A DNA stretch of 64,000 nt from the NCBI GenBank assembly GCA_963727625.1, contig CAVSHR010000004.1, forward strand, positions 832,001 to 896,000. Direction: 5' to 3'. This DNA comes from an uncultured delta proteobacterium. Its GTDB lineage: Bacteria > Desulfobacterota > Binatia > UBA9968. This document shows positions 36,379 through 46,470 of the stretch, in pieces; within the stretch, counting starts at the first letter, position 1, and every line of letters starts with the position of its first letter. The notes beneath the pieces were generated by a model, which was not told where the DNA came from, searched no databases, and worked only from the letters and a program-made list of their open reading frames with translations. Both the position numbers and the translations under genes were made by a program.

Positions 36379-37359
36379 ATGAAAAAATTCGTCGCGGCTT
36401 TACCAGGCAAAGCACAGAGCTTGCTGTTGGCTGCTCTTTTCTCACTGTTGCCCTGTAACGCCCTCGCCCAGGAAAAGAAATTGATCATCGGCTATACCGC
36501 GCGCGACATGAACAATTTCCCGCTTTTCGCGGCCCAAGCCAAAGGATTTTTCAAAGAAGCCGGCAAGGAGGTCGAGCTGGTGCAGATCCGATCCAATGTC
36601 GGGCTTTCCGGCTTGCTCAGCGGCTCGGTAGACTACTACACCTCATTCAGCAGCGCGGTCACCTTGGCCGCGCAAAAGGGCGCCCCGCTCCGCGGCATTT
36701 TCAGCATGATCGAGAAGCCGAGTCTTTATATGATAACGCGCCCGGAAATCCACAACATGCAAGATCTCAGAGGCAAAATCGTCGGACTAGGCTCCGTCGG
36801 CGGAATTACGGTGGCGATTACCCGGCGTATGCTCGCCCACTACGGTATCGCTGCAAATGACTTCGCCGTCGTCTCGGCCGGCGATTTGCCGGTGCGCATG
36901 GCGGCGGTCAAGTCCGGCGCCATTCATGCAACTCTGGCGGGCTATCCGGCGCCGGTACAGGCCAAAGAAATGGGTCTCAATGTCCTGGCTTCGGCGGCCG
37001 ACATAGTCGACTTTCCCCTCGCCGGTTTGTCGACGGCGGTTACCACGCTTAAGAACAATCGCGCCGAAGTCGTTTCAGTTCTAACCGCCATGCTGCGCGG
37101 TCTGCTCTTCGTCCGCAACCAACGGAGCGAAGCCATCGCGCTGGCGCAGAAAATTTTCAAAATGGACCGTGGTCTCGCCGAAGACGGTTACGACCAGACG
37201 CTCAAGGCGTACAGCAAGGACGGCACGGCATCGGCCAAGGGCATCGAAAGCGTTTTAGAATACGCGCGCCAGCAAGGCGCGCCGCGCACCGTGACGGTCG
37301 CCGACGTCGTCGATTTCGGACCGCTCCGCGAAGCCCAGGCCGCGCTCAAGTTACGGTAG
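36379..37359 (+). CDS. ABC substrate-binding protein (TauA/NMT1 type)
   Basis: PLFAAQAKGFFKEAG, DLRGKIVG, VVDFGPLREAQ. Confidence 0.9.
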   Translation: MKKFVAALPGKAQSLLLAALFSLLPCNALAQEKKLIIGYTARDMNNFPLFAAQAKGFFKEAGKEVELVQIRSNVGLSGLLSGSVDYYTSFSSAVTLAAQKGAPLRGIFSMIEKPSLYMITRPEIHNMQDLRGKIVGLGSVGGITVAITRRMLAHYGIAANDFAVVSAGDLPVRMAAVKSGAIHATLAGYPAPVQAKEMGLNVLASAADIVDFPLAGLSTAVTTLKNNRAEVVSVLTAMLRGLLFVRNQRSEAIALAQKIFKMDRGLAEDGYDQTLKAYSKDGTASAKGIESVLEYARQQGAPRTVTVADVVDFGPLREAQAALKLR

Positions 37360-37428
37360 GTTGGCTCTTTTCCGGAGACCAAACCGTTAAGTTGTAGCCG
37401 ATCTTCATAGCGAGTAGCGCGGAAGAAA

Positions 37429-38340
37429 ATGGATAAGCTGCGCTCGTTGCAGGACGCCATCGCCCATGAAGTCGGCGCCGGCATGTCGATCGCGATGGGC
37501 TGTGCGCTGGAATCGCTCATCCCCTTCGCCGCAAGCCACGAGCTCATTCGCCAGGGGCTACAAAACTTAACCCTGATCGGGCCGATCTCCGACATGCAGT
37601 TCGATCAATTGATCGGCGCCGGCTGCGTCAAGAAGATTGTCGCCTCATGGGTCGGCAACGTCGCCGCCGGCTTGGGCCACAACTACCGGCGCGCCGCAGA
37701 AGGCGGGATTCCCCATCCCATAGAAATCGAGGAACACTCCAATTTTACCATCGGTCTCGCATTGCAGGCCGCGGCGATGGGCCTGCCCTATCTGCCGACT
37801 CGCACGATCCTCGGCAGCGACTTTGCGAAAGCCGAACACTTCCACCATCTGCGCTGTCCGTTTAGCGGTGAAAAATTGCTTGCCGTACGCGCGTTGGTTC
37901 CAGACCTTGCCATTCTTCATGTTCAACGCGCGGACCGTGAAGGCAACGCCCATGTCTGGGGCAATTTCGGCGTCATGCGCGAAGCCGCGCTGGCGGCCAA
38001 GAAGGTGATTTTAACCTGCGAGGAAATCGTCGATCACGAAGTGATTCTGGGCGATCCGAATCGCACAGTGATACCCGGTTTTGTCGTCTCCAGCGTGGTC
38101 CACGAGCCTTTCGCTTCTTTTCCCTCGCCGACCCAAGGCTACGCGCGCCGCGACGACGACTTTTATTTTGAATACCACCGCGCCGGACGCACGCGCGAAG
38201 GATTTCAAGTGTGGTTGCGGGAATGGGTTCTCGGCGTTAAAAATCACCGTGAATTTCTCGATCGTCTCGGCGCAGAACGCGTCGAAAAACTGAAACCGCA
38301 AGAACCAGCGTTCGCCCCGTCTGTAAATTTTGGTTACTAA
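37429..38340 (+). CDS. Family I CoA-transferase subunit A (GctA/CatI-like)
   Basis: HELIRQG, DQLIGAG, AAAMGLPYLP, HVQRADREGN. Confidence 0.9.
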   Translation: MDKLRSLQDAIAHEVGAGMSIAMGCALESLIPFAASHELIRQGLQNLTLIGPISDMQFDQLIGAGCVKKIVASWVGNVAAGLGHNYRRAAEGGIPHPIEIEEHSNFTIGLALQAAAMGLPYLPTRTILGSDFAKAEHFHHLRCPFSGEKLLAVRALVPDLAILHVQRADREGNAHVWGNFGVMREAALAAKKVILTCEEIVDHEVILGDPNRTVIPGFVVSSVVHEPFASFPSPTQGYARRDDDFYFEYHRAGRTREGFQVWLREWVLGVKNHREFLDRLGAERVEKLKPQEPAFAPSVNFGY

Positions 38341-38355
38341 CGCGAGGAGGAAGGC

Positions 38356-38790
38356 ATGAAAACCGTATCGTCAATGAAACTCACCCAGGAAGGCTGCGAC
38401 ATTATCGTCAACGCTGCCGTCGAAAAAGCCCGGGAACTGAAACAAGTCGTCAGCATCTGCGTCGTCGACGCCGGCGGGCACTTAATGGCGTTCAAGCGCA
38501 TGACTAACGGCCGCACGCACAACACGCTCATTTCCCAAGCCAAGGCGCGTTCGGCCGCGTTAACCACTGCGGCGACCGGGAAAAAGGGTCGGGACGGCAG
38601 CGAGATTCCCGACCATCAAGTGCTGGCGCAAACGCTCGCCGTCGGCCCGGGCTGGTTCATCAGCATCGAAGGCGGGCTGCCGATTACAGTCGAAGGCCAG
38701 TGCATCGGTGCGGTCGGGGTCAGCGGTGCCCCGTCAGCGGTCGATCGCCAGATCGGCCAGGCGGGGCTCGACGCGTTTAACAAGGCATAA
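38356..38790 (+). CDS. GlcG/HbpS heme-binding protein
   Basis: ICVVDAGG..RM..KARSA..GGLPI..IGAVGVSG..D. Confidence 0.9.
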   Translation: MKTVSSMKLTQEGCDIIVNAAVEKARELKQVVSICVVDAGGHLMAFKRMTNGRTHNTLISQAKARSAALTTAATGKKGRDGSEIPDHQVLAQTLAVGPGWFISIEGGLPITVEGQCIGAVGVSGAPSAVDRQIGQAGLDAFNKA

Positions 38791-38795
38791 AGCGC

Positions 38796-38866
38796 GTTCA
38801 ACGCTCCAGGTTCAAAGTTCAAGGGGGAAAGCGGCAACATTGATCGTTAAACCTTGAACTTTGAAC
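38796..38866. repeat. Palindromic GTTCAA(A/G)/CTTGAAC element
   Basis: gttcaaagttcaagg ... ccttgaactttgaac, perfect 15-nt inverted arms. Confidence 0.7.
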
Positions 38867-38876
38867 GGTCATAGGC

Positions 38877-39632
38877 ATGCACTACACCCGCAGAGAGCTG
38901 ATGGTCGCCGCCGCGGCGCGGGAAATCCGCGACGGCGATAAAGTGTTTGTCGGCATGCGCCTGCCGCTGCTCGGTTTCGCCGTGGCTAAGGAAACTCACG
39001 CGCCCAACGCCGTCGGGATTTTTGAAAACGGCGTGGTGCGGGATTGGCCCGCCCTCGAACCCATCTTCACCATGAGCGATCCGCCGAACGTTGCAAATGC
39101 TCTCTACTGCGGCGGGCTGAACGATGTCATGTATCTTTTGCAGAGCGGCCGCGTCGATCTCGGTTTTATCGGCGGCGCCGAAATCGATCGCTTCGGCAAT
39201 TTAAATACCCACTGGGTGGAAGAAAACGGCAAGCGCACGCGCCTTCCCGGCAGCGGCGGTGCCGCCGATATCGCGACGCTGGCCCGACGTTGCATCATCA
39301 TCATGAATCACGAAAAGCGCCGTTTCGTGGCCAGGATTAAATACATGACCTCGCCGGGGTTCGGCCGCGGCGGAAACTGGCGCAAGTTACGCGGCCTGGC
39401 GGGCGGAGGTCCGAGGCGCGTGATCACCAGCATGGGAATTTTTTCTTTCAATCCGGTCACCCATGAAATGGTTCTTTGCACGAACCATCCCGGGGTATCG
39501 CTGGAACAGATCAGAAATGAAACCGGCTGGTCGCTCCGCATCGCCGAAAATATCTGCGAAACTACGCCTCCAACCGAACCGGAATTAGCCGCGGTCAGAA
39601 AATACGACCCGAATGGAGTATGGACTGCCTAA
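38877..39632 (+). CDS. Family I CoA-transferase subunit B (GctB/CatJ-like)
   Basis: AREIRDG..FVGMRLP, FENG, GGAEIDRFGNLN, RLPGSGGA. Confidence 0.9.
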   Translation: MHYTRRELMVAAAAREIRDGDKVFVGMRLPLLGFAVAKETHAPNAVGIFENGVVRDWPALEPIFTMSDPPNVANALYCGGLNDVMYLLQSGRVDLGFIGGAEIDRFGNLNTHWVEENGKRTRLPGSGGAADIATLARRCIIIMNHEKRRFVARIKYMTSPGFGRGGNWRKLRGLAGGGPRRVITSMGIFSFNPVTHEMVLCTNHPGVSLEQIRNETGWSLRIAENICETTPPTEPELAAVRKYDPNGVWTA

Positions 39633-39665
39633 TCACCCATCACTGCACTACTCCGCCACTCCGAT
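39613..39665. repeat. GGAGTA-family element overlapping the CoA-transferase B stop
   Basis: atggagta ... catcactgcactactccgccactcc. Confidence 0.45.
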
Positions 39666-39668
39666 CTC

Positions 39669-40181
39669 TCAGGCTTCGAGCTTGACCGAATTAATCACCA
39701 CGGCCTCGACGGGCACGTCGTCATGGTGGCCTCTGCTTCCGGTCTTTACTTTTTCGATGCTTTGCACCACGTCCATGCCTTCGATCACCTGGCCGAAGAC
39801 CGCATAGCCATACTCGGCGGGAGATGGGCTGCGATGATTGAGAAAATCATTATCTTTCACGTTGATGAAAAACTGCGCGGTCGCGCTGTCAACCACGTTG
39901 GTGCGTGCCATTGCGACCGTACCAACCTTATTTTTTAGGCCGTTCGCAGCCTCGTTTTTAATCGGCGCCTTGCCGTTTTTCTCCTTCATCAGGGAATCCA
40001 TACCGCCGCCTTGGATCATAAAGCCGGGGATGACACGATGAAAAATCAGGCCGTCATAATGGCCGTCGTTTACGTACTCGAGAAAGTTCTTCGTAGTGAT
40101 CGGCGCCTTCTCGGCGTCTAGCTCAATGCGAATATTGCCCTTGCTCGTGCTCATCAATACCACCGGTTGTTTTTCCGCCAT
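39669..40181 (-). CDS. ppiA: Cyclophilin-type peptidyl-prolyl isomerase
   Basis: [37 protein letters not shown]. Confidence 0.93.
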   Translation of the reverse strand: MAEKQPVVLMSTSKGNIRIELDAEKAPITTKNFLEYVNDGHYDGLIFHRVIPGFMIQGGGMDSLMKEKNGKAPIKNEAANGLKNKVGTVAMARTNVVDSATAQFFINVKDNDFLNHRSPSPAEYGYAVFGQVIEGMDVVQSIEKVKTGSRGHHDDVPVEAVVINSVKLEA

Positions 40182-40314
40182 GTTGCCCTCCTGAGCGTTT
40201 TTTTTACGCTTAACATCTTTTTTCGCTGAACGATACCAGGGTGGAAATTTAGCGTCGCTTGCGATATGGCTACAATCAATTGAACCGAACCTTTACAGGC
40301 GAAAAGGAGCGTTT

Positions 40315-41232
40315 ATGCCGAGCGATAGAAAAATTGAAGGAATTTTGACGCCGATGCCGGTGGCGTTCAAACATGACGGCGCCATCGATCACAAAGCGAC
40401 CGACGCGATCATCGATTTTTACTTGGACGCCGGCGTGCATGGGTTTTTTCCGCTGGGCACCCACGGACAAGGCATGGTGATGGAAATCGACGAGCGCAAA
40501 AAAGTCGCCGAGCAGATCGTCAATCGGATCAAGGGGCGCGTGCCTGTCGTCATGCATATCGGCACGGCGAATACGTTATCTTCCATCGAACTCGCCAAAC
40601 ATGCCGTGGGCCTCGGCGTCGATGCCATCGGCGTGGTGCCGCCCTATTATTACCCGCATGACGACTGGGAGGTATACGCCCATTATAAAGCCATCGCCCA
40701 GTCGGTGCCTGGCGCGCCGATGTTCATCTACGACAACACCGAGACGACCTGGGTCGAGATCACACCGGCCAAAGCCAACAAAATCATCGAGGCGATCGCG
40801 CCCAACCCGCTTGCCGGCATCAAAGTCTCCTTTATTGCTTACGACAAATTGTTGGGCTACGTGTATCAACTCCCCAAGTCGGTGGGAGTTTTCCCCGGCG
40901 GGATTTTTAACCTGTACACGGGCTACTCCGTCGGAGTGCGCGGCGCGATTCATCCGCCCTCTACCCCCTTCCCCGAGACCTGCGTAAAGATGTACGAAGC
41001 ACTCAAGGCCGGTGATCTGAAGGGCGCGCAGAAAGAACATGATCTCCTGACCCGGCTCATGCAAGTCGTTGGTAAGTACCTGCGCACCCACGGTCGCGGG
41101 GTCTTTTGCGAGCTCATGAAGCTGCGTGGCCTGCCGGTGGAACGCTTCCCGCGCTGGGCGACCCCGCCGTTCACGGACAAAGACAAAGCGGATCTCAAGG
41201 ATGGCTTGGTCAACGCCGGTTATAAGCTATAG
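40315..41232 (+). CDS. DHDPS/NanA-family aldolase
   Basis: FPLGTHGQ, GRVPVV, VVPPYYY, FIYDN, AGIK Schiff-base Lys. Confidence 0.88.
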   Translation: MPSDRKIEGILTPMPVAFKHDGAIDHKATDAIIDFYLDAGVHGFFPLGTHGQGMVMEIDERKKVAEQIVNRIKGRVPVVMHIGTANTLSSIELAKHAVGLGVDAIGVVPPYYYPHDDWEVYAHYKAIAQSVPGAPMFIYDNTETTWVEITPAKANKIIEAIAPNPLAGIKVSFIAYDKLLGYVYQLPKSVGVFPGGIFNLYTGYSVGVRGAIHPPSTPFPETCVKMYEALKAGDLKGAQKEHDLLTRLMQVVGKYLRTHGRGVFCELMKLRGLPVERFPRWATPPFTDKDKADLKDGLVNAGYKL

Positions 41233-41248
41233 CGTACGAGATCATATC

Positions 41249-42049
41249 ATGGGGAGCGAGCGCAAACCGCTGACGTTGGAAATAGGTAAAAAACTTTCGC
41301 CCGCGGAGGCGAAAGCCTTTACCGACGAGATCAAACACCGCATGTATGCGCTCTGGAACGAGCGCGTTTTTGGCGGCGCGTTCATGCGCGCCCTCGAAGC
41401 CGGTAAATTGCCTTTCGAAGCCATCAAGCTGTTCTGGCGCAACTGGTACAGCTATCCGGTGGAGGTGAATAACTTTCACCTGATCATCTACCAGCGCCAC
41501 CAGGGCATCTTCGCGCGCCACCGTGATCTGCTCGCACCCTACGTCGGCAAGATCAGCGACGAGCTGGTCAACCCGAGCATTCCCGGCCATATCCAGGTGC
41601 TGATCAAACAGGGCGAACAGTTCGGCGTGAGCGCCGATGAGATGATCAACTGCCAAGTGTTCGCCGAGTGCCGTGCCTTGACAGAATTCGCCCGCGGCCT
41701 GGTTTACGAGGGCAGCATGATCGAGTGGTGGGCGCGCTCGCTCAACGAGGAAATGTTCGGCCACTGGTCCAAACGCTGGCGCGAGGCGCTGCTTAACATG
41801 TATAAGATCAAGGATGCCGATCTGCACTACTTTCAGGTGCACGAAGAGGCCGATCTGCACGAGCATCTCGACGGTTTGATGGCCCATGGACAGGTGGCGC
41901 GGATGATCTTCGAGCGGCTGCTACAGGACGGAAACACCTGGTATCGTCCCGGCTGGGGGCCGGAATATTGCTGTCTCATCAATGCCGAATATGTCGCCCT
42001 GTTTCACGACGGCATTTACAAGCACGCAAAGCAGTTAGGACACTTCTAA
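41249..42049 (+). CDS. Heme-oxygenase-like fold protein (TenA/PqqC/CADD-like, probable diiron)
   Basis: FMRALEAGKL, DEL....GH, NEE, YFQVHEEAD..H. Confidence 0.7.
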   Translation: MGSERKPLTLEIGKKLSPAEAKAFTDEIKHRMYALWNERVFGGAFMRALEAGKLPFEAIKLFWRNWYSYPVEVNNFHLIIYQRHQGIFARHRDLLAPYVGKISDELVNPSIPGHIQVLIKQGEQFGVSADEMINCQVFAECRALTEFARGLVYEGSMIEWWARSLNEEMFGHWSKRWREALLNMYKIKDADLHYFQVHEEADLHEHLDGLMAHGQVARMIFERLLQDGNTWYRPGWGPEYCCLINAEYVALFHDGIYKHAKQLGHF

Positions 42050-42055
42050 ATTTTT

Positions 42056-43504
42056 ATGCCTTTCAACGACCTACGAGAGTTTATTGAAGCCGCGCGTAAT
42101 ATCGGACAAGTCAAGGAAATCCACGGTGCGGATTGGAATCTCGAAATCGGCGCCTTGACCGAGCTGTTCGCCTTCAAAGAGCCTTCGCCGCTGGTTCTGT
42201 TCGACAAGATACCCGGCTATCCCGCCGGGTTTCGCGTGGCGTCGAATCTGGTCAACACGCCTGCGCGCTCGAGTTTGACGGTGGGTATGCCGGCCGATGC
42301 CAAACCCATCGAACTCATCGCCAAGTGGAAAGAACTATTAAAGGGCGTAAAGCCGATCCCACCGCGCGTGGTCTCCAGCGGACCGATCCTGGAGAACGTC
42401 AAATCCGGAGCCGGCATCGATATGACCGCTTTTCCGACCCCGCACTGGCATGAGCTGGACGGCGGGCGCTACATCGGCACGGCCGATTGCGTCATCACCG
42501 GCGAGCCGGAAGAAGGCGGCTGGGTCAACGTCGGCATCTATCGCGTTCAGGTACACGACAAAAACACCCTCGGCCTTTACGTTTCTCCCGGCCATCACGC
42601 GCGCATCATGCGTGAGAAATACTGGGAGAAAGGCCAGAGCTGTCCGGTGGCAGTAACCTTCGGCCAGGACCCGCTACTGTTTTTGGTCGCCGGCCAGTCG
42701 ATTCCTTACGGCATGTCGGAGTTCGATTATTGCGGCGGTCTGCGCGGCGCGCCCATCGACGTGATCCGCGGTGAGGTTACCGGCTTGCCGATTCCTGCGA
42801 CCGCGGAGATCGCCATCGAAGGCGAAATCCCGCCGCCCAAGCATCAAGTCCACTTGGAGGGTCCCTTCGGTGAGTGGCCAGGTTACTACGCTCATGGTGC
42901 GGCAAACGAGCCGGTGATTCGGGTCAAGAAGGTTTATTATCGCAACGAGCCGATTTTATGCGGTGCACCGCCGCTGAAACCACCGTTCGTCACCTTCGGC
43001 GTGCCCATCGGCGCCGCGGCGATTTGGAACTATTTGGACAAAGCCGACGTCCCGGATATCAAAGGCGTTTGGTGTTCGATCGGAAGTTCTGCGGCCGCGG
43101 GGGGCGCTCCGTTCATCATCGTATCGCTAAAACAACGCTATCACGGTCATGCGCAGCAAGCCGGCATCGCCGCGCTCGGTTCACGCGCCGGAAATTACCA
43201 CGGTCGCTTCGTCATCGTCGTCGACGATGACATCGACCCTTCGGACATGAAAGACGTGATCTGGGCGGTATCGACGCGCTGCGACCCCAAGACCGCCATC
43301 ACCATCATCGACGGCTGCTGGAGCACGCCGCTCGACCCGGCGATGCATCCCGACCAGCGTGACGCCGGCAACTTCGTCAACAGCCGGGCGATTCTCAATG
43401 CCTGCCGACCCTATGCTTGGCGCGACCGCTTTCCACCGGTCAATGCCTTGAGTCCCGAGCTCAAGCAGAAAATCACCGCGAAGTGGGAAAAAGAGCTTTT
43501 CTGA
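42056..43504 (+). CDS. UbiD-family (de)carboxylase
   Basis: DLREFI, HELDGGRYIGT, NVGIYR, EGPFGEWPGYY, VVDDDID. Confidence 0.93.
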   Translation: MPFNDLREFIEAARNIGQVKEIHGADWNLEIGALTELFAFKEPSPLVLFDKIPGYPAGFRVASNLVNTPARSSLTVGMPADAKPIELIAKWKELLKGVKPIPPRVVSSGPILENVKSGAGIDMTAFPTPHWHELDGGRYIGTADCVITGEPEEGGWVNVGIYRVQVHDKNTLGLYVSPGHHARIMREKYWEKGQSCPVAVTFGQDPLLFLVAGQSIPYGMSEFDYCGGLRGAPIDVIRGEVTGLPIPATAEIAIEGEIPPPKHQVHLEGPFGEWPGYYAHGAANEPVIRVKKVYYRNEPILCGAPPLKPPFVTFGVPIGAAAIWNYLDKADVPDIKGVWCSIGSSAAAGGAPFIIVSLKQRYHGHAQQAGIAALGSRAGNYHGRFVIVVDDDIDPSDMKDVIWAVSTRCDPKTAITIIDGCWSTPLDPAMHPDQRDAGNFVNSRAILNACRPYAWRDRFPPVNALSPELKQKITAKWEKELF

Positions 43505-43582
43505 AAGTCCCGAATCGGACACACAATACGCCGCCTAACCGGCGTAATTGCTTCGGTATCGCTAACGTGGCACCATGCAGCG

Positions 43583-44212
43583 ATGGACTTCCTCTGGGAT
43601 CTGTTTCATAAAATCTACGATGTGGAATCGCTGGTCCGGGTGGGCGGCTTAGTCGGGCTTTCGGCCATCGTCTTCACCGAAACCGGCTTGCTGCTCGGTT
43701 TCTTCTTGCCCGGCGATTCTCTGCTGGTGACCGCGGGACTCTTCGCCGCGCGCGGCGATCTGCAACTTAGCTCTCTGCTGGTCGCCCTGAGCTTGGCGGC
43801 GATCATCGGCGACACCGTTGGTTACAACATCGGCGCGCGCACCGGGCCGAAGCTCTTTACCCGGCAGGATTCCCTGCTTTTTAACCGCAAGCACCTGATC
43901 ACAACGAAGGAGTTTTACGAACGCCACGGCCCCTTCACCATCGTGATTGCCCGCTTCGTGCCGATCTTGAGAACCTTTGCACCCGTGGTCGCCGGCATCG
44001 GCGCCATGGAATATCGGCGCTTTCTCGCCTACAACGTCGTCGGCGGCGTCGGTTGGGTCTTCCTTACCGCGCTCGGCGGCTATTTTCTCGGCCAGATGGT
44101 TCCGAACATCCACGATCACCTGCATAAAGTCATCGCCATCGTTATCGTGCTGTCACTCCTCCCCGCAATCATCAAACTGGGGCGCGAAAAGCTCAAATCC
44201 CTGGAACGCTAA
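43583..44212 (+). CDS. dedA: DedA/VTT-domain membrane protein
   Basis: FTETGLL.GFFLPGDSLL, GDTVGY, ARFVPILRTFAPVVAG. Confidence 0.92.
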   Translation: MDFLWDLFHKIYDVESLVRVGGLVGLSAIVFTETGLLLGFFLPGDSLLVTAGLFAARGDLQLSSLLVALSLAAIIGDTVGYNIGARTGPKLFTRQDSLLFNRKHLITTKEFYERHGPFTIVIARFVPILRTFAPVVAGIGAMEYRRFLAYNVVGGVGWVFLTALGGYFLGQMVPNIHDHLHKVIAIVIVLSLLPAIIKLGREKLKSLER

Positions 44213-44230
44213 TCAATCATCGGCGGCACT

Positions 44231-44605
44231 TCAAGCGCCGACCCGTCTTATCCGTACCGATCCTTCGTCCACCGCTTGCGGCCGTGCAATCGATTTGGCC
44301 TGCATCTTTGCCATGATACCGCGCCGAAGGTAACTCGGCTCGAAGTCTAAAATCCCACAGACGTTTAGAAATGAGAATGGATCCTTCTCGTCCTGAGCGA
44401 ACAGCCACTCATGGGCCTCGCCGAAAAGCTTGGCGCGCATGGGAACCGGGTCGTCAAGATACTTCAAGACGCACTCGATCGCGTCGGTGAGAATCGCCAG
44501 CATGAGCTCCTGCTCGGGCTCAAGATTCTTGCTGCGACTGAAAATTTCCAGATACTGCTCCGGTGCGATAATATCGCTTTCAAACAGCTTGCCCGGATTT
44601 TCCAT
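44231..44605 (-). CDS. Hypothetical protein
   Basis: Compact ORF with GGGGGAAG RBS; PEQELMLAILTDAIEC..WLF..PFSFLNVCGIL..YLRRG. Confidence 0.65.
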   Translation of the reverse strand: MENPGKLFESDIIAPEQYLEIFSRSKNLEPEQELMLAILTDAIECVLKYLDDPVPMRAKLFGEAHEWLFAQDEKDPFSFLNVCGILDFEPSYLRRGIMAKMQAKSIARPQAVDEGSVRIRRVGA

Positions 44606-44794
44606 ACTTCCCCCTTCGAAAGAACTATCCGTCAAGGCAATCGTGTCGGATCGAGATGAGGACAACTCCACGCCTTAAAATCCTTGACAGGCCACGCAGC
44701 GATCGCCGAAACCAATCGAAAAACCGAAACCGCTGGAATAATGAAGTGTCGGGCGACGCGGTTCCGGTAGAAAAGAACCAAAGGGAGAGAAGTG

Positions 44795-45136
44795 CTAAAT
44801 CCGATAAACTTCTTTGAAACGAAATAGATCGCGAAAGATTTGTCGAGAACTGGCGACGCCATCGCAATCCGCCATTTTCGCCGGGGCGAATCTAATTGTT
44901 CGCTGGGTCGTGTCCAGCATCAATTTGGCGATGACCTTTTGGCGCGGCGACCAGTTGATCGACCGGCTGGGAAAGCCGTTGTCGCCGGAATCGTCGAGCG
45001 AGTCGCGGGATATGAACGACGTTTCGAATTCGAATACGGCGGCAAAGCTCCCCTGCGCCGTCTCCGCAAAGGTATCGAAGGTCGCCGCACCCAGCAGCAG
45101 GGCGCACATCAGCGCGCCGAGAAAACGCCTCACCAT
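44795..45136 (-). CDS. Hypothetical exported protein
   Basis: Signal-peptide-like N-terminus; ends LFRFKEVYRI; co-oriented with neighbours. Confidence 0.45.
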   Translation of the reverse strand: MVRRFLGALMCALLLGAATFDTFAETAQGSFAAVFEFETSFISRDSLDDSGDNGFPSRSINWSPRQKVIAKLMLDTTQRTIRFAPAKMADCDGVASSRQIFRDLFRFKEVYRI

Positions 45137-45170
45137 GGTCGCGAGATCCTAGTCGCTGATGGCGCGTTTG

Positions 45171-46454
45171 TCAACGATTTTCGCCGGTTTGCCCTGTTAA
45201 GGAAACTCTGTCCGGGGTTATGGGGTCATCGGCCCGGGCATCATCGAGCGACGCAACTACTTCTTCAAAGACGGCCTCTGGCGCGATCGCCATTAAACAA
45301 CGATTTTCCCGGCAGGGTGATTTTTTCCCGTTGTAGACAGAAACACAGGGGCTACACGCAAAATTGCTGTACATGTCTCTATGTTTGTCGCCGATGGGGC
45401 TGTAAAGACGCGGCGTTTCCGGGCCGAACAACACCACGGTTGGCAATCGCAGTAAAGACGCGAAATGCGCAGGACCGCTGTCGTTCGTTACCATGATCGC
45501 CGAAAGCGAATAGAGCGCGAGCAATTCACGAAAGCTCGTCTTGCCGGTGAAATCGACGCAGCGCGAACGATCCACGTGTTCCAACAGGTAACGCGCGTCT
45601 TCCTGTTCCGATGAGATACCAGTAATCACCAGTGCGCACTGAGGTATTTTCTCTAGTAACAGACCGCACAATTGCGCGTAGTAGTTAAGCGGCCATTTTC
45701 TCAAGGGAAAAATGTCGGATGAATTCGGGTTAATGAGTATGACAGGACGGCTATCCAGTTTTATGCCGGCTGAAAATAATTTGTCACGGACGCGTTCCAA
45801 CTCGGCGGCTTCCGGTTGATACACTGGCACGGACCATTCTGCGGGATTTATCGCGGCGCGATAATAAGGCTCATCGTTCCGTTTTTCGAATAGGCTGCGT
45901 ACCAATGCGGAGAAAGCGGCGCTCGTGTGAATGTGCGGCGAATAGAGCACCCTGTGTGTAAGGAGATCGCCACGATAAAGCCCTTCGTCGTTGTACCTGT
46001 GAAATCCGACGCGATTGCCACGGCATACGACAAAACTCATTAACGCCGTGAGACGGCTGAATAGATCCATATCGATTACCGTGTCGAAACGCGCTCTAAA
46101 TAGGCGCAGTACCCCACTCAAGCCGCTCGACAGCAATTTCCCCGGCGTACTATAATCGATGGTGATGAGATTTTCGGTCGGCCCGAGTTTCAAAATTTCC
46201 ATGATCGCCGCGTTCTTCGCGAACACTAGAAAGTGAAGGTTAACATTCGGGCAACGCTGCTTAAGTTCCGCCAAGGCCGGGTACGCCAACACCGTGCTTC
46301 CCATCTCTGAGAGTTTAACTACTAAAACCTTATGCGGCTTGGGCAGTGGCGATGTTCCGCGGAACCAATGGTAAATGCGACGGCTACAGGATAAGAACCA
46401 ACACAGTGGAATCCCGAAGTAACGGTCGATCCGCCTTAACGTATCGATCTGCAC
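45171..46454 (-). CDS. Glycosyltransferase family 9 (heptosyltransferase-like)
   Basis: VVKLSEMGS, RKWP, FTGKTS, VTNDSGPAHFA, LFGP, CSPC. Confidence 0.92.
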   Translation of the reverse strand: MQIDTLRRIDRYFGIPLCWFLSCSRRIYHWFRGTSPLPKPHKVLVVKLSEMGSTVLAYPALAELKQRCPNVNLHFLVFAKNAAIMEILKLGPTENLITIDYSTPGKLLSSGLSGVLRLFRARFDTVIDMDLFSRLTALMSFVVCRGNRVGFHRYNDEGLYRGDLLTHRVLYSPHIHTSAAFSALVRSLFEKRNDEPYYRAAINPAEWSVPVYQPEAAELERVRDKLFSAGIKLDSRPVILINPNSSDIFPLRKWPLNYYAQLCGLLLEKIPQCALVITGISSEQEDARYLLEHVDRSRCVDFTGKTSFRELLALYSLSAIMVTNDSGPAHFASLLRLPTVVLFGPETPRLYSPIGDKHRDMYSNFACSPCVSVYNGKKSPCRENRCLMAIAPEAVFEEVVASLDDARADDPITPDRVSLTGQTGENR

Positions 46455-46470
46455 GGATTTAGACCATCCC

